Source of the DNA: Eutreptiella sp. 'Long Island Sound 2002'
Lineage: Eukaryota; Protista; Euglenida
Assembly: GCA_964036045.1 (NCBI GenBank)
Contig: OZ038378.1
Coordinates: 172,360,001 to 172,424,000 of the forward strand
DNA: 64,000 bases
Direction of reading: 5' to 3'
Shown here in pieces: positions 54,531 to 64,000 of this stretch (its first letter is position 1; each line of letters starts with the position of its first letter). The notes under the pieces were generated by a model. That model was not told the origin of the DNA and searched no databases. It saw only the letters and a list, made by a program, of their open reading frames with translations. The position numbers and the translations under genes are program-made.

Positions 54531-55199
54531 GGCACCCCCCCATGCCATGGCAACCCCCCTTCTTTGGGACGCCTCCCTGCCGTAAGGTTGCCTGGCATGG
54601 GAGCCCCCCCCCGCAAACACGAAATTTGTCGTTTGCAGACAATTTTTGACTTTTAACAATTTTCACAAAGGGTTGTTTATGGTGCCGTAGGGCAGGAGGG
54701 GTTTATTGTGCCACCGCCCGGTACTAGGCTTGTTTTGTGCTGCCACATGGCAGCAGGATTTCTCTGCGGTTCGTCGGAGTGGCAGGTTTTTTTGTGCTGC
54801 CACGTGGTGTTATAATTTGTTTTATTTTTTTTTTGCTGCCACCGGGCCGCAGGGTTATGTAAACTGCCACAGAGTTGTGTCTTGATGTGGTGCTTGTGGC
54901 GTCTGTGCATTCTGCATTTTTTTTGCTTTGTGTGGAGTGGAACAACAATCTATATCATTCTTGACTTTTTGTGTTTGCTTTCCATGGTACATGGGTTAAT
55001 GGTGGGCATTGAAGCTTCGCCTCACCACAAGATGTTCCCATGGGTTGTATGTTGTCATGCAATCCATCGACTGCCTTGCTCAAAGCCTATGCGCCACGGA
55101 AGTTTGTCTTCAATATGTCTATGCAGATGAACTCCCTCAGTGGGGTATCCAACAGCCTCCACCAATAAACAACAAACAACCAAAAACATTCAAGAATCT

Positions 55200-55630
55200 T
55201 TCTTAGGACAACAGCCATCGAAGGCGCACCACAAAATATCAACAACCATCCGCGGTGCACCACAAAATAACAGAATCGGGAAATAACAGCAACCATAACA
55301 GCACCCATCCAAAGCGCACCACAAATTGGCAGCGCCCATCCAGAGCGCACCGAGAAATCACAGCGACCATCCAGAACACACCACAAAATACCAGCAACCA
55401 TCCAGAGCGCACCAAGAAATAGCAGCAACCTTCCGGAGTGCACCAAGAAACAACATCGCCCATCTAGAGCGCACCAGGAAGTAGCAACAACCAACCAGAC
55501 TGCACCAAGAAATAATAGTAACCATCCAGAGTGTACCAGGAAATAACCGCACCAAGGGCCAGCCCCATGTACAGAGCACGAAGAAATATGAGCAACCATC
55601 CCAAATGCACCAACAAATCATGGCAACCAT
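55200..55630. repeat. Degenerate ~30-bp minisatellite (cagcaaccatccagagcgcaccaagaaata)
   Basis: About a dozen diverged copies; the source of the repetitive minus-strand ORFs 55087..55630. Confidence 0.8.
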
Positions 55631-56379
55631 CTAGGGCCCTTTGGGACTAACATTGTTTATCCAAACCAATAGCAATGTCCATGACGGACTTTGGACGTTG
55701 GCCTGCACAAAAGTACAATTTTTGTGGAGAGTTGACAGCAGTCATGCGGAAGGCATCAGAACTAAACGCTAGGAGTATGCAACCGTCCGACATTGGGTCA
55801 TTTCAAGGGTGGCCACCTCTGCCCTGTAACTAGCTTGGGCTGTCACCACTGACCCCCCCCCCCCACTTGGTACCCCCGCCAAAGTAGTGCATCTCCATGC
55901 AGAGTCCCCCCCCCCCCCGCCAACCAACCAAACGCCTTGAGAAGGGAGGAAACGGGCAATGATACCTTTTGGGTTTGGGGGCGGGTACCTTCCATACCTT
56001 GCTCCTTAAGGGGGTGGGGGGGTGGGGGGGGGCTTATGGGGGGGGGGCGTTTTGCCATGGCATGAAGGGCCCGAATCTTTGTAACCGCAAACCGTAGTTG
56101 TGTCGTGTGCCCTTCTTCCATGTGTTGACCAGGCATGATTGGACGTCGTCGGCAGGGTGCCCATATCCTAAGTCACGCCAAAGGCGCCCGATTTCAACCC
56201 AATTGATGGTGGCCCCCAACCAGCGGTCACCGAGGGGTGGGGCTGACGAGGCCATCGGGGCCCAGGAAACCGGTGATGACTCCCCCAACCCCCCCTGAGG
56301 CGTCGTGTCATGCGAGGTGTGGGCAGGGCAAGCACCAATTCGCGTTTACGGGGGGGAGGCCTCCCCACGGTTCCACTCT

Positions 56380-57000
56380 AGCTTCGAAGACCCAAAAGGT
56401 GGTTGAGGAGATCCTAGCATTGCTATTCAAACCAGGGTTCCATCCTGCCACGCTCCGAGGGGCGGTCTCGGCCCTACGGGCAGTCCATCTATACCAGACT
56501 TGGAATGTAGCCGCCTTTGGCGCCTGGCAAAAGCGCTAGTGGTTACCGCGGGAGAACGGGCATACACAGGACCGCACGTCTTGCAGGCTATGGGGAGGCA
56601 TGCGGGTTGACTCTGGACTAGTCCATATATGCTGCATCCGTCATCTCCTTCTCCTGTTTGGCCTGGGTCAGCGAAGTGGCTTCGTGTCTTATTGAGGAGT
56701 CAAGCGTGGCGAGCGGTGGATTGCCACAAAGGTGAGCAGGTACACGGGCCAGTGGATTCTTTGGCTCCGGAAGATGTACCCAAGCCGAGAAGTACTGGTG
56801 AAGGTATGGCTTGCCTCCTCCAGGGCAGCCCCTATGTAGAGTACCGCTGGCACAGCTGGCGCGGCGCGGGGCGTTCCTACGCTGGTGTGGCCTCCCGTGG
56901 CGGTTTTTATGTTGGTGGGGGAGGTGGGCCAGCGTGCGCATGGCCCAGTGGTACGCGGCAGCCCCCGACAACTTCGTCTTCCACGGTGTGTCTCGCATCC
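56380..57000 (+). mobile_element. Tyrosine recombinase of a YR retroposon, decayed
   Basis: TLRGAVSALRAVH (N-terminal SAM-like region), FSCLAWVSEVA (box I; Arg to Trp by CGG>TGG at 56664), YRWHSWR (56851, H-x-x-R), then after a frameshift LCWWGRWASVRMAQWYA (catalytic Tyr at 56952). Confidence 0.75.
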
Positions 57001-57896
57001 CATGGCCCACGGCCCCCGGATTCAAGTGGATTCAAGTGGGCTCCAGTCTCAGTAGCGGACTTCTGGCCAAGATCCCTCGCTAACCTTTATGTCCTTAACG
57101 AAAAGCGTGAGTGTATCTTGTCCATGGGAGAAAAGATCTTGAGCTAACAGGCCAGAGGAGAATAACGACTCGGAAGGGGGCGCAAAACCACCCCTAGGAT
57201 CCTCCGACGTACGTCCCTGAGCCACCAAGAACTCCCAGATCCCCAGGGTGCTTTCTTCCAAATCCCGCAAGATGATCCTTGGTCCCGCGCAGCCGAAGGA
57301 TCCGCATCCCGATCCGAAACAGCCTTCTGTCTCCTCCGCAACCGCTTCTTCCACAACCCCCTCCATAGGCAGAGTCTCCATAGCCGCGTAGTTCTCAGGG
57401 CGCGATCGGGGTCTGGCCACAAGAGCCCGGCCTTGTCCCCAGAAGTCCATCGGGAAGTTCTTCTGATAGGCCGTGGGTTTTGCCAAAGGACGAGGTCGGT
57501 GGTGGCTTGGGCTTGCTCACACCACCGAAGGCTTGCGGCTGCCGTTGGGAGGGGGGGTCCTTCTGTGATCTTGTCTGCGGTTATTGATCTTACAGGGTAG
57601 TGAAGTGGTGGGGTCCCTGGGGGTTTTGGAGGCGTTGGACGGCTTGGTCCCGGGGGTATGGGCGGTGGTTTTCAAAGAGTCCATGTCGCCTAAGCCCCAG
57701 TTGGTCTTCCCGACCCGCGAGGTCCTAGAGCAGAGTAGGGGACATTTGGGCGATAAAGGTTCCTGATTTTATTTGGTCGGCTGTTGTTCTTGAGGAGGTA
57801 GCTGGATGGGATTCGGCCTGTTTCGGGCGATGGCCTTGTTACGGCGAGGGCCCTAATTAGGGATGGGGCCAGGTTTTACTGGCGAATGGTTGGCTG

Positions 57897-59100
57897 TTCC
57901 CGGTGCCTAAGAATACTGAAAAAGCTTCGATGATCGTCCACTTGGTGAGTTTTAATAAGCAGCACAAGGCCAAGCGTGCTTCTTTTTTGCTCCGTGTGGC
58001 TGAGGACCTCGCTATTCTGATTGCTGTGCACCGTATGGGTTCCCCTCTAGGGGTTCTTTCTCTGCCCCCCGAATTGCTTTGTTACTTCGACGACCCTTTT
58101 TGGCGTGCTTTGGAAACGCTACGCCTTGCCGCTTCCCCAGGTGAGAGCCTTTTGGCTTGCCATGTTGATTTGAAAAATGCTTTTTAGTCCCTGAAACTAC
58201 CGCCCCAATTCCAACATGCTTTTCGGGTGTGTGTGGACGGTGTTATTTATGGCTTCCATTGCTTGCCTTTTGGATGGCGGTTTTCCCCTGCCATTCGCCA
58301 AACCGTCCTTGCATATATCTTGGACGGGCTCAATTTTGTTTCTGTGTTAGTGCTCCACTACCTTGATAAGACATTGATGTGCACGAGTGCCAATCAGCTT
58401 GAGTTCCTGAGGGCTTTATCATTCTGCCATCAGTAGCAACGATGGGCGGTGTGTATAAATGGCAGGGACATAATCTGTGCAAGCTGATGACGTGCACATA
58501 CCAGGCATTCCTTGTTCATGACAGGAGTGGTGTCGGCGTTGCTCTGGCTGGTGCCGTGTGTGCGGGCTGTGTGATTTTTGCGTCCGGGGTCGGTGGCGTT
58601 GGTGACGGTGGTGTGTTGGGGGTCGGCGCCGGTGGTGACGGTCCGATGGTGAGGGTGCCGGGGACGTTGGGTGGGTCCGCGCTGTTGGGCCTTCTCCTCG
58701 CAGTGATAGGCCATGGCAGTTCTAATGTACAATCTGCAGCCCATTAGTTGTGCCAAACGCTACGTGCTGAGGGGGCTATCATTAGCCTGAAGAGCATCCT
58801 TGAGCCTATGGAAGAAGTTGCGTGGTTGGGTAAACATCTGGTGCTTTCTGGGTCTGGTGCTAGGATTTCACAGTCGCCTGGTGGTTGACAGATGCTGGTG
58901 GGTTTGTGGTTTAGGATAGCAGTCTTGCCTTTGTCTAGAAAAGAAGCACGTTGTGTGGTGGGCCAATTCTCTCAGGCCCTTCAGCCACAGCTAGGTTCTT
59001 GCCCCTTTTTTGGCGGGCTGGTGCTGCCATATCCTCTGGGGCTCCACTTTCCCTCCGTCCTGCCCCCCGAGCCTCATCTGAAGCCTTTTGCATTGTTTGG
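57897..59100 (+). mobile_element. DIRS/VIPER/TATE-type reverse transcriptase, decayed and split by a ~380-bp insertion
   Basis: FPVPKNTEKASMIVHLVSFN...HVDLKNAF*SLKLP...YGFHCLPFGWRFSPAI...VLHYLD (58359-58367), resuming at 58751 with CQTLRAEGAIISLKSILEPMEEVAWLGKHL. Confidence 0.8.
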
Positions 59101-60426
59101 TCATGACCAGTAGGGGTCGGAAACCCCCGATTCTGCTTCCACCCTCCGCAGCGGGCCGTGGCTTGATGGCGGTGAACGAATCATATGGCTGCCTTTGAAT
59201 TTGTTTTGTTTTGTATGTGAAACATTTTTTTTTCTCCGGGCCCAATACTAAGAGAATGTGGGTTGTGGTTTTCAGGAGCGGGCATTTGGGGTTAAAGTGT
59301 TGGTGTAGCTGGTCATCCATGTGGTGTTGATTTCTGGTCTGTATGCTGACCTGTTGGGCATCCCTTTGTAGTCATGAACATTTCTCTTTTTTCTGTTGGA
59401 TTGCCTGTGACAAGCTTGTGACAAGGCGGAGGTGAACAAGAAATTGGACCGTGAAGTTGAGGAATTGTTCAACCCTTGGGTCATCCATGTGTGTAAAAAC
59501 TTAAAGGACTTAAAGGACGCTGAGTTCTTTACAAAAGACATTGTGGATGACAGTTTTAATCCCAAAGATAAGAAACCCGAGTTTGTTCCTCAACCAGCCC
59601 GTAAGCCAGCCCCTAAGCCAGCCCCTAACTCAGTCTCAAAAGGCAAGCACGTCCAGCTCTTCAAGATGAGGTGCAAGGTGGGCAAGGGGTTCTATTTGGT
59701 GCCTGTCAATCAGAATGCAAGCAACTGAGTGTGCACATAAATGCTTCGTATTGTCGTGTTTCGAGGAGTAGGGTTGGCTTGCGTCTGCTGTGAGTGTTCC
59801 GTGGGATGTGTCGCGTGCAAACACTGGACTGTCCAAACATCACAACCCTGTGTTTCTGCTCTTTTACTGAACCCAGCCCGTGTTAGTGCAACGGGAGTGG
59901 GGGGAGGGGTACTTAGTTGGTTCTAGTTCTAGTCTATTGGCATTGCTAGAACACCACGAGAACAAAAAAGCAAGGTTTCAAAAATAAAATACAGGTGCAC
60001 CAAGCATGGGCCTGGGTGGCCTGAGCCCTATAGCCCCCAACTCTCACACGCCTCTCACCCACCACTCTGTACTACTGCCCCACAATGCCCACTCCTTCCG
60101 CAGGGCTCCCAGTGTGGTGCTTTTTTTTGGTTGCTGGACCTGCCTGATAGGAACAAGATCAAAGGGATGAAGACCAGTGCGGCCCTTCTGCAGAATAACA
60201 TCATGTTGTCTGAAGTGCTGCTGTCAGTACACAGTGAGAGACCGTGATACACGGTCCAACGGACTTAAATGATGTGGACAATTGCATCATCACAATTTTG
60301 TGATCTCGTGGCATGTAGGACCCAGCTGATAAGCTTTCCTATGAACCATGAATGTCACTGCTGTCTACTTGATCTGCCAACCCCATCCTCTTGTCCAGTC
60401 CATGTTCTGACCATTGTTTTTTTCAC

Positions 60427-61599
60427 ATGAATATGACAGAGAGTAGCGCTGCACTCTGGAAGACTGCAGGCCTCGCCATATCTGCATGTGTTGCTGTTCG
60501 GATGATGGCCCAAGTAATGAGAACCAAGAAGAAGGATTTGACTGCCTCTTTAGGAAGCCAGCTGATCAGTCGAAGGACTGGGGTTTTATTAGTGAACACA
60601 GGAACCCCTGACAGCACGGCTGTGAAGGATGTGAGGAAGTATCTGAGACAATTCCTGAGCGATGAGCGTGTCATTGACATACCCTTCATTCCGAGGTGGC
60701 TCCTTGTAAATCTTATCATTGCGCCATTCCGCAGCTTTTCCTCTTCCAAACTCTATCAACGAATTTGGACTGCAAGAGGCTCGCCATTGAAGTTTCATGG
60801 GCAGGACCATGCAGCTCTTCTGCAGCAAGCATTAGGAGACGACTACAAGGTGTCATTTGCCATGCGATACCAGAACCCCAGCATGGATGTCGCTCTTGAG
60901 GATATGTACCGCAGTGGAGTGGACCATATCATTCTCATCCCTTTGTTTCCACAGTACGCATCTGCATCAGCTGGCTCAGTGATAGATCGATTCATGAAGA
61001 TTGTGTCCGGCTGGTGGCGGTTTCCCCATATCAGCATCGTGTCAGCTTATTGGGAGGATGAGCACTATTTGAGGGCATGGCAGGAGATTGGGCAGAAATA
61101 TCTTGATGCTGAACACTACGACCATGTGGTGTTCAGCTACCATGGGGTCCCAGAACGGCATGTCCTGAAAGGGGATTGCGGACAGTACTGCAAATTGAAT
61201 GATGCCTGCTGTGGGACCTACAATGCAAACAACAAATTCTGCTACCGAGCTCAGTGCCTGCAGACTTCTAGGGCCCTTGCACAGAGATTTGGACTCAAGC
61301 CAGATCAGTATGAGACTGTCTTTCAGTCTCGTTTGGGCAGCCAGCCATGGCTCAAGCCTTACTTCCAGGACAAGATTGATGAGTTCGTGGCACAGGGCCT
61401 GAAGAAGGTGCTTGTGTTCTCTCCATCATTTGTTGCTGATTGCCTAGAGACCTCTGTAGAATTGGGAATGGAATATAAGGAAGAATTCATGCAAAAAGGT
61501 GGTACAACATGGACACTTGTCCCCAGTCTGAATACAAGCCCGCTATTTGTGCAATGCTTGAAGGAAATGGTGCTCAAATTGGATCAAGCCCGACGCTAG
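60427..61599 (+). CDS. hemH: Ferrochelatase (protoheme ferro-lyase), 390 aa, intronless, with N-terminal hydrophobic extension
   Basis: GVLLVNTGTP, YLRQFLSDERVID, GSPL, AMRYQNP, PLFPQYASAS, VFSYHGVP, FQSRLG..PWLKPY and PSFVADCLET. Start taken as the first ATG after the ttgtccag acceptor-like site. Confidence 0.95.
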   Translation: MNMTESSAALWKTAGLAISACVAVRMMAQVMRTKKKDLTASLGSQLISRRTGVLLVNTGTPDSTAVKDVRKYLRQFLSDERVIDIPFIPRWLLVNLIIAPFRSFSSSKLYQRIWTARGSPLKFHGQDHAALLQQALGDDYKVSFAMRYQNPSMDVALEDMYRSGVDHIILIPLFPQYASASAGSVIDRFMKIVSGWWRFPHISIVSAYWEDEHYLRAWQEIGQKYLDAEHYDHVVFSYHGVPERHVLKGDCGQYCKLNDACCGTYNANNKFCYRAQCLQTSRALAQRFGLKPDQYETVFQSRLGSQPWLKPYFQDKIDEFVAQGLKKVLVFSPSFVADCLETSVELGMEYKEEFMQKGGTTWTLVPSLNTSPLFVQCLKEMVLKLDQARR

Positions 61600-63119
61600 T
61601 GTATTGCTGGTCCATAAGAGGACACTGTGAGTCTCTAGTTGTGGATATGTGGTGCTGCTGAACATGTGAGCCACAGTACAGTCCACAAGGCAGTGACAAC
61701 CCAGGAAAGCACTCTCGTTGGATTCAACACAACCCGATGGACAAGCGGTCCACGATTGTGCGGCATGCAAATTGGGGATACAATGCACATTTGGTGATGC
61801 ACAGTGTGTGCTCGGAGCATGGTGCGTACAGCAAGTTTTGCACAGATGGGAAAGATGGAGTCTAGGGGCAACATTTTTGAGGTTTGTGTCCTTGGCAGTT
61901 TCATGCATGTATGTGTTGCAAGAACATTGGACAGCCTCCTGCACCTCCACCTCTAATTGATTCCATCAGGGAATGTCTACGTTGCACTTTCAAGCTGATA
62001 TTGACAGGGTGATAAATCGGGTGTATGGGGGAAGGGCGTATTATTCCCCTCCAAGTCTGTTTTTCTTTTTCAATTCTGTTACCTGGTGGGGGGGATTGCA
62101 CCCTGCGGGAGATGGAGATCTTTTTTGCCACCTCACGGATATGGTTTGTCGATTTTTTTGGGGGGGTTTCATCTGCTGTTTGTGCTCTGGCACCGATAGC
62201 GACGGATTATAGCCCTCCAGCGGGTGCAACATGATAAGGCAGGGGCTATATGGCCATGATGGGGGGGGGTTAACAAGTGGTTTTCTTCTCCTGGGGGGTT
62301 TTTTTATCACGCACCCCCCCCCCCCCAAGGGTTCATCACCCTTTCTTGGGTGTTTTTGCACTGACTACAACTGCTAGTCTTGTCTTTTACACCACGCTCC
62401 ATCTCAATCTTTGGATGTGCTTGTCATGGGCCCTTATCACGTAGTGAGCACTGAGTGACCATCAAGTCTCTGCTAGGTGGTGCTGAGATGATGGCGAGGC
62501 AGCCCTCTCCGGGGTCAGGTTCCGCATTTACAATGGGTCTCTAAAGCCACGTTGAACCATATGCGCTGTTCAACACCAGTTATGGTTGGCTTGTTGGCAG
62601 TTGTTCGAACTCCAGAAAACTCAAGTCTTGTCAGTAGTGTGTTGGGTGGTGAGTGGCATCACACACCATAATGGCACGTTGTTAGAGGCAGGAGGGAGCC
62701 AGTGACAAGTCAAGGGGGTGGGACTATAGGAATTGTACAGCTTTTGTCCAACAATATTGATAAACTTCTACTAATGCAATACCACAAGATAGTCCACTGT
62801 TAGGTCTACTGCTAGATACCTTGATAGACGTTCACTGCGTGAGGTTGAGGGGTTTAAGGATTTGGTTCTTTGGACATTTCCTGCTGGTGAGAGATGCAAC
62901 ATAATAAAGCAAAAGGCTGGGAAGCGTACACTAGGGTGTCAGGACACGTGCATTGTGAGCAGTTGGGCAGCAGGTAAGCAAGCAATTGTGATAGCCTAGG
63001 AGGGGTTGGGTGAATGGGTCATGTTTCCATGTGGGTGCAATAGTATGTTCGTAGGTGTGTGCATGTTTTGTACATGGTCATGGTGATAAAACCACACCCC
63101 AGCGTTTTTTTGGCCATTT

Positions 63120-63245
63120 TGGACACCTGGGGTGGTTTTATCCCACCTGGGGGTGGTTTTATCACCCGAAAGGGGTGGTTTTATCCCCCGGGGTTTATCG
63201 CCTCTGGGGCTGGCTTTATCCCCCCGTTGGGGAGGGGGGGTATCA
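63120..63245. repeat. ~21-bp degenerate tandem repeat (ggggtggttttatccc core)
   Basis: Five to six copies visible. Confidence 0.7.
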
Positions 63246-64000
63246 CTGTCGTGGTTGCGGTTGAAGAGGCGTTGGCTTTATCCTGGTCATCCAAGTAGTT
63301 CTCGCTGTACTGCAGCACACGGGCTTGCGGCGGGGCGTGGGCGCTTCCTCCAGGACTATCTTCCGGCACCACTTGCGGGGGAGCAACACCTTGGCCGTAC
63401 CAACGAGCGATGCGGGCGCCCGCCGACCAGTGCCCAAACTGCCACCGAAGGGCGCCCCCAGGGCGGCGCCTGCACAGAGACTGGGCAAAGGCCGCAGGTC
63501 CTCGGGGCGCTCTACAAAGCGCATGGGGCCCCTTCCTGCCCCAAGTTTTGGGCCACAGGCTGTGGAGTGTCCAATGCAGGTATGGCGATGCGGGACAACA
63601 ACACGTGGAAGGATCAAAGGGCTCGCAAGGCAGTTCTTCCTGTGGCCTGTGGCGGGGAATGCTACACCTGGTACCGGTGGCCATGGTGGATGGGGCAGGG
63701 AGCCCCACTACCGGTGGCCAGCGAGGCACGGGCAGCAGCACTGCGGCAGGACATGGGGGCTCGTCAGGATCCGTGAGGGGGGGTGGGCAGGTCTGCAGGG
63801 TCATTTGAAGGCCGGAGCAGGTGCACAGGGTGAGGTGCAGTTGCGCGGGTGGTAGGGCCAGTGCAGGCCGGTGAGGGCTAGAAAGGACCCTACTGACCAT
63901 GGGTGTCATGCAGGGGTTTTCATACCCAGCTCCCCCACCGATGACAGGGGCCGGGGCAGAGTCAGCGTCAGCATGTGATGGGGCATTGGCCCCAACGGTG

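Noticed and set aside
1-64000. rRNA, SL-RNA/5S gene arrays, telomeric TTAGGG arrays
   Set aside because: None seen; the SL-like sequences lack the GT donor and SL-RNA intron that a true SL gene would carry.

Overview
Eukaryotic nuclear DNA, most likely from a photosynthetic euglenid. The evidence is a euglenid class-I bipartite plastid leader on an aspartyl-tRNA synthetase and a near-perfect copy of the euglenid spliced leader. It is gene-poor and repeat-rich. Four + strand genes are supported: (1) a glucose-6-phosphatase-like PAP2 enzyme (four exons found, 2299-5913, incomplete); (2) an intronless plastid-targeted bacterial-type AspRS (19857-22250); (3) a 7-exon ABCG half-transporter (28468-46281, 781 aa); (4) an intronless ferrochelatase of Bacteroidetes-like appearance (60427-61599). 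The rest is decayed mobile DNA (an L1-like LINE, two DDE_Tnp_4 transposase relics, a tyrosine-recombinase retroposon with YR upstream of RT, tRNA-derived heads, a foldback element), plus mini/microsatellites and many long poly-C/poly-G tracts. Main observation: a genome-encoded spliced-leader relic lies 5 nt before the AspRS ATG, and weaker SL-like relics lie just before the ABCG and ferrochelatase ATGs. This suggests genes are recycled through reverse-transcribed, trans-spliced mRNA, as described in dinoflagellates. All alignments were made by eye, and family assignments come from remembered motifs, not database searches.
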